Below are positions 25,481 to 40,511 of a stretch of DNA of 64,000 bases, one piece after another. The notes below the pieces were generated by a model. The model saw only the letters and a program-made list of their open reading frames with translations. It had not been told where the DNA came from and made no database searches. Both the position numbers and the translations under genes were made by a program. Numbering within the stretch: position 1 is the first letter of the stretch; the number at the start of each line of letters is the position of its first letter. The DNA is from Dendrobates tinctorius. Taxonomy: Eukaryota. The stretch lies in the NCBI RefSeq assembly GCF_039654945.1, contig NW_027361754.1:29822001-29886000 (forward strand). Reading direction: 5' to 3'.

Positions 25481-27078
25481 CTGCCGATCTTAGCATAGGG
25501 AGAGGTTGCTGATTCTGTAGGGAGAGCGTTAGGCAGGGAAGAAGACAAAAAAACTGCTTCTGCTGCTAGCGATTTTGCCTGTGCAACACACCAGTCACTG
25601 TGTGTGCAGTGCAAGGGGAGGCTATATTGTGGTGGATCAGCGGTGTTGGTTGTTAGGCTGCCTTCTAAGGCTTCCTGACAGCTGCATTGCTGTTTCCCCA
25701 CTGCTCTGCAAACTGCTTTTTTAAAAGCAATCCCAATTTTTTTTTTGTCCTGCTAAGGTACTGAGCGTGCATTTATTCACACCATACAGCGGTGTACGCT
25801 CCTCACACAGTACCGTGTAACGGCTGTTATCACAGCCACAGTGAAGCTATCTGTGTGTCACTGTGGAAGGATAAGTGGAGGACTTGTTCCGTTCTTACAG
25901 ACCTACACTCTAGGGAGATTCCTATTCTGCCCAATTCTACAATTCACTTTTTTCACACCTGTGCCATCGAGCCTGTGACATAGCGCTGTGATATTCAGTG
26001 GGCCTCACACAATCCAAGTGTCCAGTGTCCACAAGTGTCTGCGGAAATTCAAAATCTCCCAGAAATTCAAAATCTCCCTTATCCTGTAGTCACTTTTTTC
26101 ACACCTGTGCCATCGAGCCTGTGACATAGCACTGTGATATTCAGTGGGCCTCACATAATCCAAGTGTCCAGTGTCCACAAGTGTCTGCAGAAATTCAAAA
26201 TCTCCCTTATCCTGTAGTCACTTTTTTCACACCTGTGCCATCGAGCCTGTGACATAGCGCTGTGATATTCAGTGGACCTCACACAATCCAAGTGTCCAGT
26301 GTCCACAAGTGTCTGCAGAAATTCAAAATCTCCCAGAAATTCAAAATCTCCCTTATCCTGTAGTCACTTTTTTCACACCTGTGCCATCGAGCCTGTGATA
26401 TAGCACTGTGATATTCAGTGGGCCTCACACAATCCAAGTGTCCAGTGTCCACAAGTGTCTGCAGAAATTCAAAATCTCCTTTATCCTGTAGTCACTTTTT
26501 TCACACCTGTGCCATCGAGCCTGTGACATAGCACTGTGATATTCAGTGGGCCTCACACAATCCAAGTGTCCAGTGTCCACAAGTGTCTGCAGAAATTCAA
26601 AATCTCCCTTATCCTGTAGTCACTTTTTTCACACCTGTGCCATCGAGCCTGTGACATAGCACTGTGATATTCAGTGGGCCTCACACAATCCAAGTGTCCA
26701 GTGTCCACAAGTGTCTGCAGAAATTCAAAATCTCCCAGAAATTCAAAATCTCCCTTATCCTGTAGTCACTTTTTTCACACCTGTGCCATCGAGCCTGTGA
26801 CATAGCGCTGTGATATTCAGTGGGCCTCACACAATCCAAGTGTCCAGTGTCCACAAGTGTCTGCAGAAATTCAAAATCTCCCAGAAATTCAAAATCTCCC
26901 TTATCCTGTAGTCACTTTTTTCACACCTGTGCCATCGAGCCTGTGACATAGCACTGTGATATTCAGTGGGCCTCACACAATCCAAGTGTCCAGTGTCCAC
27001 AAGTGTCTGCAGAAATTCAAAATCTCCCTTATCCTGTAGTCACTTTTTTCACACCTGTGCCATCGAGCCTGTGACATA

Positions 27079-28713
<1,635 letters not shown>

Positions 28714-29674
28714 TAGCACTGTGATATTCAGTGGGCCTCACACAATCCAAGTGTCCAGTGTCCACAAGTGTCTGCAGAAATTCAAAATCTCCCTTATCCT
28801 GTAGTCACTTTTTTCACACCTGTGCCATCGAGCCTGTGACATAGCACTGTGATATTCAGTGGGCCTCACACAATCCAAGTGTCCAGTGTCCACAAGTGTC
28901 TGCAGAAATTCAAAATCTCCCTTATCCTGTAGTCACTTTTTTCACACCTGTGCCATCGAGCCTGTGACATAGCACTGTGATATTCAGTGGGCCTTACACA
29001 ATCCAAGTGTCCAGTGTCCACAAGTGTCTGCAGAAATTCAAAATCTCCCTTATCCTGTAGTCACTTTTTTCACACCTGTGCCATCGAGCCTGTGACATAG
29101 CACTGTGATATTCAGTGGGCCTCACACAATCCAAGTGTCCAGTGTCCACAAGTGTCTGCAGAAATTCAAAATCTCCCTTATCCTGTAGTCACTTTTTTCA
29201 CACCTGTGCCATCGAGCCTGTGACATAGCACTGTGATATTCAGTGGGCCTCACACAATCCAAGTGTCCAGTGTCCACAAGTGTCTGCAGAAATGCAAAAT
29301 CTCCCAGAAATTCAAAATCTCCCTTATCCTGTAGTCACTTTTTTCACACCTGTGCCATCGAGCCTGTGACATAGCGCTGTGATATTCAGTGGGCCTCACA
29401 CAATCCAAGTGTCCAGTGTCCACAAGTGTCTGCAGAAATTCAAAATCTCCCAGAAATTCAAAATTTCCCTTATCCTGTAGTCACTTTTTTTTACACCTGT
29501 GCCATCGAGCCTGTGACATAGCGCTGTGATATTCAGTGGGCCTCACACAATCCAAGTGTCCAGTGTCCACAAGTGTCTGCAGAAAATCTAAATCTCCCCT
29601 GTCCTATAGACACCTTGTACCTTGTTTTACATTACTATATAGTTTGTAGGATTTTGTCTACATTTCTACCAAAA

Positions 29675-32600
29675 ATGAGGAAGGCTGGTGGAAGAGGCCG
29701 TGGAATTGAGCGGGGGTTGGCAGCTGGTAATGATGGTGTTGGTGGTGGATCTGATGGTAGTGGCAAAAGCAAAATAGGACCGAATGCAGGAGGTGTTGAG
29801 CCTGCGTCATCGTCTGGCTCCATAAGGCTTCGAAGGCTTAGTTTTCTAGGAGTTGGCAAACCGCTTTTAACGCCAGAGCATCAGGAAAAAGTTTTGTCTT
29901 ACATTGCTGACTCAGCCTCCAGCTCTATCGCCTCCTCTTCTTCAGTTGTAAAAAGTAAAAGCACTGAGTCGTCATTGGAGGCTCATGTTCATGAACCACA
30001 CCTTTCCTTGTGTCCTTCACCCCAACCAAGATTGAAGGATGACGCAGGCCATACTACTGATTACTCCATGGAGCTGTTTTCACATACCATGCCTGGATTA
30101 TCAAGTGAAATGGTGAATTACCCAGGCCAAGATGAATCTGACATGGAGTGCACTCATGCACAGCCGCTGATAGATGATTCTGCTGGTACATTCACTCAGA
30201 GCACTACATTGTCCTCGCAGTGTACAGAGCCAGATTCTGACCCTGATGAGACTCAGGTGCCCCTTCCCGCACACTATACCATCATACACGGTGACACAGA
30301 GGAAGGTGCACATGACATTGAAGAGGAGGTGATGGATGACCCAGTTGTTGACCCAGATTGGCATCCATTGGGGGAAGAGGGTGCTGCTTCCAATAGCTCA
30401 GATGAGGAGCATCCACAGCAGACATCAACATCGCAACAGCTGTTATCTGGCAGGCCCGGACCACTCCAAAGACAGGTTCCAAAAATCAAAAGAGTTGCTG
30501 GACAGCTTGTCCAGAGGGTCAAAAGATCACAGCGTGCTAGGCCGCAAAATGTATGCCAAAGTAGGAAGAGTGCAGTGTGGCACTTTTTTGAACAAAATCC
30601 TCATGATCAGGCCAAGGTTATCTGTAAGAAGTGCGCAAAGACCTTTAGCCGAGGGAAAAATCTGAAAAATTTGAATACCAGTTGCATGCTTAGACATTTA
30701 ACCAGCATGCACTTGCAAGCGTGGACACAACACCAAACCTCAAGTGCCACATGTGCAACTGATCACAAAGAAGGTAGTCAGCAACGCTACATTGTTTCCC
30801 CCACTGTAAGCCCACCGGTTAGCACAGCAGCAAATGTTGAGGTGTCGTTGCAAGGCCACAGCAGTCAGGGAATCCCACTGTTATATCAACGAAATACTGA
30901 ATCTAGGCCATCAGAAAGAACACCAACTCCATCACCATCATCAACCCTCTCTCAGTCCGCCCTGTCCACCGCTACTTCCACCATATGCAGCTCTCAAGTC
31001 CAGCTCACCCTCCCTGACACTATGAGTAGGTCAAGAAAGTACTCAGTCTCTCATCCGCGTACACTGGGTTTGAACGCCCACATTGCCAAACTAATCTCGT
31101 TTGAGATGATGCCCTATCGGTTGGTGGAAAGCGCAGCTTTCCGCCAACTCATGGCCTATGCAGTACCACGCTATGACCTACCCAGTCGCCACTTCTTCTC
31201 TCGCAAAGCCATCCCAGCCCTCCACCATCATGTGAAAGACCGCATTGTCCATGCACTCAAGCAGTCAGTGAGTGGAAAGGTGCACCTCACAACTGATGCA
31301 TGGTCCAGTCGGCATGGCCAGGGCCGTTACGTGTCCATCACTGCGCACTGGGTTAATGTGGTGGATGCAGGGTCCACAGGGGACAGCGGTGGTGGGACAG
31401 TGCTGCCTAGCCCACGGTATAGGAAACAGTTGGCTGTAGGCGTTCCACCCTCCTCCTCCAGAAGCGAAAGCTCGTCCACAGAGCGCAGTCGTACGAGCAC
31501 TCCATCTGCAGCTGCCACTGTTGCACACGAGGTGTCCCCCTATCGAGCAGCTAGTGGAAAACGTCAGCAGGCTGTGTTGCAGATGATGTGTTTGGGCGAC
31601 AGACACACCGCCGAGGTGCTGGCCGAGTACTTGAAGCGACAAACTGAGTAATGGCTGGGCAGTGTACATCTTGAGGCAGGCAAGTTAGTTAGTGATAACG
31701 GCCGTAATTTTGTGGCAGCCATAGCCCTTTCAAAACTCAGCCACATACCTTGCTTGGCTCACACCTTGAACCTGGTGGTGCAGTGCTTCCTCAAAAATTA
31801 TCTGGAGTTAACAGCCCTGCTCCATAAGGTGCGAAGACTGTGCGCGCACATCCGCCGGTCGCCTGTACACTCTGTTCGTATGCAGAAGCTGCAGCGATTG
31901 CTCCACCTTCCCAACCACCGCCTCATTATCGACATTGCAACAAGGTGGAACTCCACCCTGCACATGGTGGAGCGGCTGTGCGAGCAGAGGCAGGCCATAA
32001 TGCATTTGTGGGAGGATACACGGCCAGGCACTTTGAGAGCAGACATGGAGTTGACAGGTGTGCAGTGGTCGAAGCTGAAAGACCTCTGTAAAGTCCTTCA
32101 GTGTTTTGAGGAATGCACACGGCTGGTAAGCGCAGACGACGCCATCCTAAGCATGAGCATCCCACTTATGCGTCTGCTCATGCAAACTTTGACGCACCTT
32201 AAGGAGCAGGCGTCTGCAGCCAATGTTGACGAGGAGGAAGAGGTGGAGGGAATCCTTGATGACATTCAGCCATTGTCTGCTCAGGGACCTCTCCTGGACA
32301 AGTTGGAGGAAGAAGAGGAGGAGGAGGATGATGATGGGGATGATTACTTAGGGGAGGAGGATGCATCTCGTGGGGCAAGTGAAAATGTTGGCGTGGCAAG
32401 GTCTGGTACAGGGTTTGTGCGTGACTGGAGGGATGTGGATTTGCCAGAAAGTGCTCCTCCAACCAGCACTCGCAGTGCATCATTGACACCGGGAACATTG
32501 GCCCATATGTCAGATTATGCCTTGCGGATCCTAAAAAGGGACCCCCGCATTGCCAAAATGATGAACGATGACGACTACTGGTTGGCCAGCATCCTGGATC

Positions 32601-33253
32601 CACGCTATAAAGGCAAATTACAAAACATCATGCCACAGGAGAACCTTGACCTAATATTGGCTAATAAACAAGCAACTCTGGTAAATCGGTTGCTTGAGGC
32701 ATTCCCAGCACACAGCAGCGGTGATGGTTCTCACACGAGCCGTACGGGCCGGGGGCAGCTTGGCAGAGGTGTTCATGGTGCACACAGCAGAAGTGGCGTT
32801 GGAGACAGGGGTTTCATGACAATGTTGTGGACTGATTTTTCAAGTACCGCTCACACAACTGGTAATACAGCATCGATGGAAAGTGACAGGAGACAGCAGT
32901 TGTCAACTATGGTTACAAACTACTTTTCCTCCCATATCGATGTTCTCCCACACAGGTCATTCCCCTTTGACTATTGGGCTGCTAAACTGCACACCTGGCC
33001 TGAATTGGCACAATATGCCTTACAGGAGCTCGCTTGCCCAGCTGCAAGTGTGCTATCGGAAAGAGTCTTCAGTGCAGCTGGATCAATCCTGACAGAAAAA
33101 AGGACCCGTCTGTCAACCCAAAATGTGGATGATCTAACCTTCATTAAAATGAACCATGCATGGGTTTCCAAGGATTTTGTCCCACCTTCCCCTGATGACA
33201 CAAAGGGTGACAGAAAAATGGCTTGCTTTGGTCCACCTCTTCCTGGGACTTGA
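29675..33253 (+). pseudogene. hAT transposase (BED zinc finger, DDE, hATC dimerisation domain; ZBED4-like), one in-frame stop
   Basis: ORFs 29573-31651 and 31712-33253 share a frame and are separated only by TAA at 31649. Motifs VWHFF..CKKC..LRHL..MH, LTTDAW, SDNG, CLAHTLNL, TRWNS, LDPRYK, SERVFS. Confidence 0.92.
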
Positions 33254-33624
33254 CCTATTTCGCCTTTTGCATCAGCTGAATGTCCAACATCAACATATGC
33301 CACTTTCTAAAACTCCCTAACTGTGCTCCCCCCCCCCCATGGCCGGGGTCACCACCTAGCGCAAGACACCGTGCGAGTGCCGTTGCCCTGGACAGGTGGG
33401 TAGGCCGAGTCTTGGGCGCGGGCACTGGCACAGGGTCCCTCATAGTGCAATCAAGTGTCTCTGACGGTGGTGGTGCACACCCGCCGTCAGACACACCGCC
33501 GTACTATGAGGGGCCCAGTGCCAGTACCGACGCCCACGAGTGGGCCCCCCTTGCTTGGGCAGGGCCCCAGCATTTGCAATCTTTACCTCTCCCTGCTCCT
33601 CCGCTGTGTAGTCTGGGCCGTCAA

Positions 33625-34420
33625 ATCCATACTGTGCCTGACACCGTCTGAGCCTGCCTCCTGATGTATAGACATATCTTTTGAATGTGTACGCTATCCA
33701 TACATGTTATCCGGGGATACGGTACCCTTTCTCACCTTTGTGCAATCACTTGCAATCCATACTGGGCCTAACACCGTCTGAGCCTGCCTCCTGATGTATA
33801 GACATATCTTTTGAATGTGTACGCTATCCATACATGTTATCCGGGGATACGGTACCCTTTCTCACCTTTGTGCAATCACTTGCAAGCCATACTGGGCCTT
33901 ACACCGTCTGAGCCTGCCTCCTGATGTATAGACATATCTTTTGAATGTGTACGCTATCCATACATGTTATCCGGGGATACGGTACCCTTTCTCACCTTTG
34001 TGCAATCACTTGCAAGCCATACTGGGCCTTACACCGTCTGAGCCTGCCTCCTGATGTATAGACATATCTTTTGAATGTGTACGCTATCCATACATGTTAT
34101 CCGGGGATATGGTACCCTTTCTCACCTTTGTGCAATCACTTGCAAGCCATACTGGGCCTTACACCGTCTGAGCCTGCCTCCTGATGTATAGACATATCTT
34201 TTGAATGTGTACGCTATCCATACATGTTATCCGGGGATACGGTACCCTTTCTCACCTTTGTGCAATCACTTGCAAGCCATACTGGGCCTTACACCGTCTG
34301 AGCCTGCCTCCTGATGTATAGACAAATATTTTGAATGTGTACGCTATCCATACATGTTATCCGGGGATACGGTACCCTTTCTCACCTTTGTGCAATCACG
34401 TGTAACCCATACTGGGCGTG
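33625..34420. repeat. Tandem array, 130-bp unit x6, inside the hAT element
   Basis: ACACCGTCTGAGCC at 33641, 33771, 33901, 34031, 34161 and 34291. Confidence 0.95.
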
Positions 34421-34527
34421 AGAACGGCTGGCGAGCTGTTAAGCAAGCTACAGCACCTGTGGTTTGCACACGTAAGTTTTTCATTTTTTTCAGGAATGAC
34501 GGTTAGGCCTAATTCCGGAACTGCGGT

Positions 34528-34858
34528 TGACCTGCACTTACTGGGAAATCATCGTTCGCGAGTAATAATTGTAATCAGTGATCCCCATCACTAACGTTGT
34601 TCAGCGGGTTATCTGCACCTGTAAGCGACAAACGCTGGCCTTTTCAGTGTAGCGCACATGCAGCCACGGACATGTAAGGGCATGACACACCAGTTATTGG
34701 CCAATCTCATGTGCCAGAGCCTCACGTGTCCCTCTAGTAAGCCGGACTCGGACCGCGGGGCATGACGGAGTCTTGTTCGTTAATGGAATTAAGCTTGCAA
34801 TGTGTGCATCTGTTCTGTAGCTGGCATGGTTGAGGTTGCCCGTGTTGAGTCAAATTAC

Positions 34859-34889
<31 letters not shown>

Positions 34890-34999
34890 TGGACATTCCT
34901 TTAAGGTTCAGCTTTGCAACCATACTGCCCACGTAAAACAAACACTTTGCCTTTATGAACACTGTTTGGAGGGTCATGACTCATGGGAATAACGCCGCC
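34528..34999 (-). pseudogene. Degenerate 18S rRNA fragment (3' major domain region) inside the hAT element
   Basis: Plus-strand blocks match the reverse complement of vertebrate 18S (as I recall it) in the correct order: GCACTTACTGGGAA, GATCCCCATCAC, TCAGTGTAGCGC, CGGACAT.TAAGGGCAT, GTTCGTTA..GGAATTAA, CCCGTGTTGAGTCAAATTA, AGGCTCCACTCCTGGTGGTGCCCTTC, TCAGCTTTGCAACCATACT, TCATGGGAATAACGCCGCC. Internal deletions are present. Confidence 0.9.
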
Positions 35000-35107
35000 C
35001 AATCAGTTAACCTGCTAGAGAGATCCTTCGTTGCTCCCAAGCATGACATCACACTCCCTAGGAGGAAGGTAATGCCACTGTGGCGACCGTACTCCTGGGG
35101 GCGACAC

Positions 35108-35392
35108 AAGTGCACTGATGCCCAGCCACTGCTCGATGAATCTGCTGGTACATTGACCCAGACCACTACATTCTCCTCGCACGCTACCCGGCCTGAATCT
35201 GACCCTGATGAAACTCAGGTTACCCTTCCCATATACAGTTCCATCTTACACGGTGACAAAGAGGAAGCTGCAGATGAAAGTGCAGGTTCGGCCCACCCGC
35301 CATCAGACACACCACCATACTATCAGGGGCCCTGTGCCAGTGCCATCGCCAACGAGTGGGCCCCCCCTGCTTGCTCAGGATCACAGCACTTA
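35108..35392 (+). repeat. Chimeric internal duplication of two hAT segments
   Basis: About 35108-35280 resembles about 30146-30315 (CTDAQPLLDESAGT..ESDPDETQV vs CTHAQPLIDDSAGT..DSDPDETQV). About 35290-35390 resembles about 33475-33575 (AHPPSDTPPYY.GP..EWAP). Confidence 0.85.
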
Positions 35393-38190
35393 GGTTGAAA
35401 TACTGTGCAGTGAGATGGAAGATGGGGACGACGAGGAGTCCAGACTAGTACAGGGATTCCCTAGCGAGGAGACTTATTTCATTGTTTTCAATGTTGGGAC
35501 AGCAATTTTTGGGGAGCACTATACTCTGGAGAATGATAGATGGGGCCCACCATACACTGGAACATTCCAAAGGTGGACATCAGACACTGGAGCAGCATTT
35601 ACAGGGCCCATTATACACTAGAGCATTAGAAATGGGGCCCATTATGTTTGGAGCATTATTTGGGCCCATAAGACAGTGGAGCTTCATCCATGGGGACCAA
35701 CATATACTGTAGCATTATGTGGAGCTCATCATATACTGTTTCAAACATTATATGGGACCAATGATTCTGTATGGAGAAATAGATGGGCCTCGTCATGAGA
35801 TGTAAAAAGTGAAGTATTTTTCATTGTACTATACCGCTATTTCTCTGCCGTATCGGAGCATGATGAGTTGTGGTATTATGTGTTAAAGGGGCGCTCTTTC
35901 GCCCAGGGCACATGAAAACCTGGAGCCAGCCCTACCCCCCCACAACTTTAGCCAAATAACCCCCATTTTTCAGTGCGTAACTTGTATTATGAAGTTAATT
36001 AAGGTTGACCAGCTTAAGTAAGAAGAATTGATGCTTTTGGCATTCAAATGAGCACTGTAGGTGTGTTTCCTGTCCTCCTCTCACTGCCGACTTTTATTCC
36101 CCATTGACTTACATTGGGTTTCGTGTTTCGGGACGACCCCGACTTTTCCCTATAATCGGACGATCTTGCTCGACCCGACTTTTGGAAAAGTCGTGTTTCA
36201 CGAAACGAAACTCGACCATAAAAAAACAAAAGTCGCTCAACTCTAATAATGACCCTTGAGCCAGATGTAAAATATCGGTGGTGCATCAAACACCACGGCG
36301 CATATTTATCAGTATATTTACACCCACCTTTTGTCCGGGAGTGGCGGCACTTTGGACATATCTGACTTTGATCTGAGAGTCAGATGTAAATCAGGAATCC
36401 AAATCTATGGGTTTGTGCCCACGTTACGGATTGGTATGCGGATTTTTCCGTGAGGAATCTGCAGAATCCGCGGGTCAAAATGCCTGTGTTTTACCTGCGG
36501 ATTTAGTGTAGCCTGCATTTTTACACCTGCGGATTTCTAGAACGGAATGGGTGTCAAAACGCTGCGGAATCCGCACAAAGAAGTGACATACTGCGGAAAA
36601 TAAAGCGCTGCGTTTCCGCGCGGAGTTTTCCGCAGCATGTGCACAGCGGATTTTGTTTTCCATAGGATAACATGGTACTTTACGGAACCGCAGACCTATC
36701 CGCAAAGGTCCATGAAAAAAAATCTGACCACAGATCTGACATCCGAGTGTATTTTGATTGTTACAGAAAGGAGAAGATGAAGATACTTTTTTTTTTCTTT
36801 CTTTCTCCACGTATGAGAAAAACTGATGACCACACTCTGATCAAAGCCTGATCCGTTTTTTTGAAAGTACTGACATCTGAATAAGCCCTTAGAATAAGTT
36901 CCAACGATGAGTTTTTGACGTTGCGTATTTTTGAAAAAAATTTTTTTCAACAATTCCATTTCTGTGGGTTCATGGAGTAAAAATGTAAAAAAAGTAAAAT
37001 AAAAAAATCTCAGAACAAATTTTTATCAGACTTTTTTTGAAAATAATGACAATGTTACCCTTTGCAAAACTTGTGTAAAAAATGAGTGCAGGTGATGAAT
37101 GCCCTTCCACCTCCGTGATTTTAGTGGTGGCATTTGTCCCGGTGAAGATACTCATATTTGAGTTACATTTTCTGTTTCCGGCTTCATTATTGGAACAGGT
37201 AAAATAAAATTGTTGTGCCAGATCCATCACAGAATGGACACCAATGGCACTTGACAGTCACAGATCCTGAAACGCGAACATACCCTAAAGGTAAATGGTG
37301 CAGATTTACGCGCTGAAAATCCAGAACATGATACAGTAACAGTTTTATCAAAAAAAAATCTCAGTATATGTAGATTATATTTTTTTTGAGTGTATATTAA
37401 TCTACGGGGCGGATTTTTAAATCTGCAGTTTTGTCGGTTCTTTCTGCAGATATTCATTATGGATTCTTACTTTATAATGCACAGGATGAAACCCACATCA
37501 TCATCCTTAAGCAGCACGTGCGGGTTTCGTTGAGGTGTCTGTCTGTGTCAAGAGTGACGTGGTGACACGTGTACCATTATATCCTTTTGTTATTTGCATC
37601 TTAAAACTTCAGGTGCATCAGGTGTCACATATTTCAGTGACTTCTGCCTCTCCACCCCGGAGCAAACAGGTCCTTCAAGTTTCTTCCACGCTCTCGCCAT
37701 GAAATGTGAGACAGGATGCAATGGAAAAAATAATCATCTGCAGTGATGACATCACATACATACTGTACATGTGACCACTGCAGCCAATCAATGACCAAAG
37801 TCTTGTACCATACATGCTAACATCACAAGTGATTGGCTGCAGAGCCCCTTCTTTCTACCAGGCTACATAAACTAAAAAATGTATTTTTTTTCTATTTCCT
37901 CATGCTAGCCCACTGTAAAAATATTAAAATTAGTTTTTCTCAGCCACTTCTGGCATCGACAGGCTGCAGCGGTGATCTCACAACTACAAGTGACTACTGC
38001 ATCCAATCTCTGGGCTCAGCGGTGATGTACTCGGCATGAGATTGCCAAGCATGCATACATGAATGCACATTCTTATGAGAAAACGTTCTCACTTACCACT
38101 GCAGCCAATGATTGCTCGCAGGGGTCATATCGCTGTTGCTGCAGGATCCAGGTAGTGTTAGAAAAGTAGTGGCAAGTGAGTATGCTTTAA

Positions 38191-38520
38191 GGCTATGTGC
38201 CCACGTAGTTTTTAGGTGCTGCGGATTTGTCCCCACGGATTTAAAAAAAAACGCAGGTCAAAAGTCCTGCCATTTACCTGTGGATTGCTCTGCGGTTTCA
38301 CACCTCATAATGGAGGTGGTGTGAAACCGCAGCGGAATCCGCACAAAGAATTGACATGCTGCGGATTGTAACCCGCAGAAAATGCGCAGCATGTGCACTG
38401 CATTTTTGGATTTACCATTGAAAACAATGGTATTGTACAACGCAGCAGAAACTGCTGCAGACCCGCAGGGCCAAAACCGCTGCGGATTCGCAGCAGAATC
38501 CGCACCGTGTGCACATAGCC
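38191..38520. mobile_element. PIF/Harbinger-type MITE
   Basis: GGCTATGTGC..ACG / CG.GTGCACATAGCC termini with TAA/TTA flanks. Confidence 0.7.
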
Positions 38521-38992
38521 TTAGGATTTGGGTTTTCTTTGCACACAATTTATTCCGGGCCAGTGACGTCACATCTTCTGATACATCCTGGACGTGGAGC
38601 CATAATCTGCGTCGCTTGCCATATATATACGGTATATATATATTTTTTAAAGGGAATGTGTAATCAGAAGATGACCTATTGTTTTAATCAGGTTTTATGT
38701 TAAATACAGTATATTCTTTTTACTTTTTGGAATTTTTATTTTTATATCACAATCTGTATTAAAAAATAAAAATTAGAAATCGTGCAGCTCTCACATTGAC
38801 CACTGGGGCTTTTTTTAGACTTCAATTTCCTGTCTTTTCATGAAACTCACATGTTCATTAACCACAATGATCAGACATCTAATGCTAGCAGCACAGGCGT
38901 AGCTAGGGTTTTGGTTCAGGGGGGGGGGGGCGAAAGTTCTGAGTGGGCCCCTAACCAGGTAACCCTGATTACAACAGGGTGACGCACCCTAA

Positions 38993-39180
38993 GGCCGGAG
39001 TCACACTACAGCGAGATACAGCCGAGTCTCGCGGGTTAAAACCAAACTCTGGCACCGGCACTCCGGAGCGCAGCTCCATGTATTGCTGTGCGGCTGCACG
39101 CTCCGCTCCGGAGTGCCGGTGCCAGAGCTTGGTTTTAACCTGCGAGACTCGGCCGTATCTCGCTGTGTGTGATCCCGGCC
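38993..39180. mobile_element. Palindromic PIF/Harbinger-type MITE
   Basis: TAA TSD; GGCCGGAGTCACAC / GTGTGATCCCGGCC termini. Confidence 0.75.
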
Positions 39181-39787
39181 TAATAGTGAATGTAGGAGGT
39201 GACTGCGCTGTTACTGAAAATAATCTCTGTATAAATATTGATATTACCGCCATATGGTCAGTGGTAGATACAAGTCCTAAGGAACGTATAAGATTACAGC
39301 ACAGTTACAGATAGAACGTCAGCAGTAAGCCACTTTCTGATGGAATCATTCTCTTTTCCCGTCTTTTCCATCTGGCCCGGACCGACAAGACTTCTTCCAA
39401 CCAGGACTCGGCTGCAGAAATTACAAGAAAGACACATTTCACTTCTCATATTCCAGCCCCATCACCATCTATTTCCAACCTGCACACGGCCCTCATCCTA
39501 CTGATACCCCAATGCTGAGCCGCTGCTGCCATATGTGTCATTACTATTACTTCACCTATTGTGTGGTTCTGTGTGACCTCTAAATTCTAAAGTAACCCTC
39601 TAGAATATAGTAATGCCGGGTGCAAGTGCCCTAGAAAACAGTGCCCACATTTTGCCCCCTAGAAAGTAATAATGCCATGTGTGTGTCCCTTTGACAGTCA
39701 CAGTAACCCGAGTTCCCCTATAACAATAAGTGCCCACTTTATATTTAGCAATGTCCCAAGTCTCCACCCCTTAGAGCTCCTCTACAC

Positions 39788-40511
39788 CAGGGGTGGAGAA
39801 CCTCAGGCCCCAGGGCCATTTACGGCCCTCGATGACCTTTTATCAGGCCCCCGAGCAGATTCTCAGGGACTGCATTCTTGGGCAGGGAGCTGTATTTTGA
39901 TTGCCACCAGCTCATTAATTTCTTCTTGTTCTGTTAGCACACACACGGTGTTCACTACTGAGCATTGAAGGGCATGCAATGAAAGATTTAAGGGGGTTTT
40001 ACACTAAGCAATATCGCTAGCAATATCGCTAAAACGTCACTGGTTTTGTGACGTTATAGATATTGCTAGTGATATCGCTATGTGTGATACTTACCAGCGA
40101 CCGGCTCCCCCGCTGCTCATCGCTGATCGCGCGAGAATGTCCGGCTCCATTTCTCGTCGTCTGCTTCCTGCTGAGACTTCCTGCTGTGTGAGACGAGCGA
40201 CGCTGGACGCGGGCGGGAGGACGCAGGATCGCTGTGTGTGAATGGTAAGTATCGTGAGCTGCGTTGCTGCTGCATCGCTGTGAGATCTTTCTGTATGAAA
40301 GCTCACTAGCGATCATTTAGCGATGCACCAGCGATCCTGACCGGGTCGGATCGCTGGTTGGATCGCTGGTGCATCGCTAAATGTAAAAGGGCCTTTAGTC
40401 ATGACCCAGTGCCAGAGTCAGGATGTACTTTGTGGGCGGAGTTTGTACGGCCCCCGAAGGATGGTAAAATATCCAAATGGCCCTTGGCAGAAAAAAGATT
40501 CCTCACCCCTG
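39788..40511. mobile_element. Non-autonomous hAT element containing a further MITE (about 39991-40394)
   Basis: CAGGGGTGGAGAACCT / AGATTCCTCACCCCTG termini; perfect TSD CTCTACAC (39780-39787, 40512-40519). Confidence 0.85.

Noticed and set aside
29675-33253. Domesticated host ZBED4/ZBED6 gene
   Set aside because: It is enclosed by TIRs with a perfect TSD and has a premature stop, so it is a transposon copy.
34528-34999. Functional rDNA unit or microbial contamination
   Set aside because: The sequence is partial, deleted and diverged, lacks ITS/5.8S/28S, and is embedded within a TSD-bounded element.
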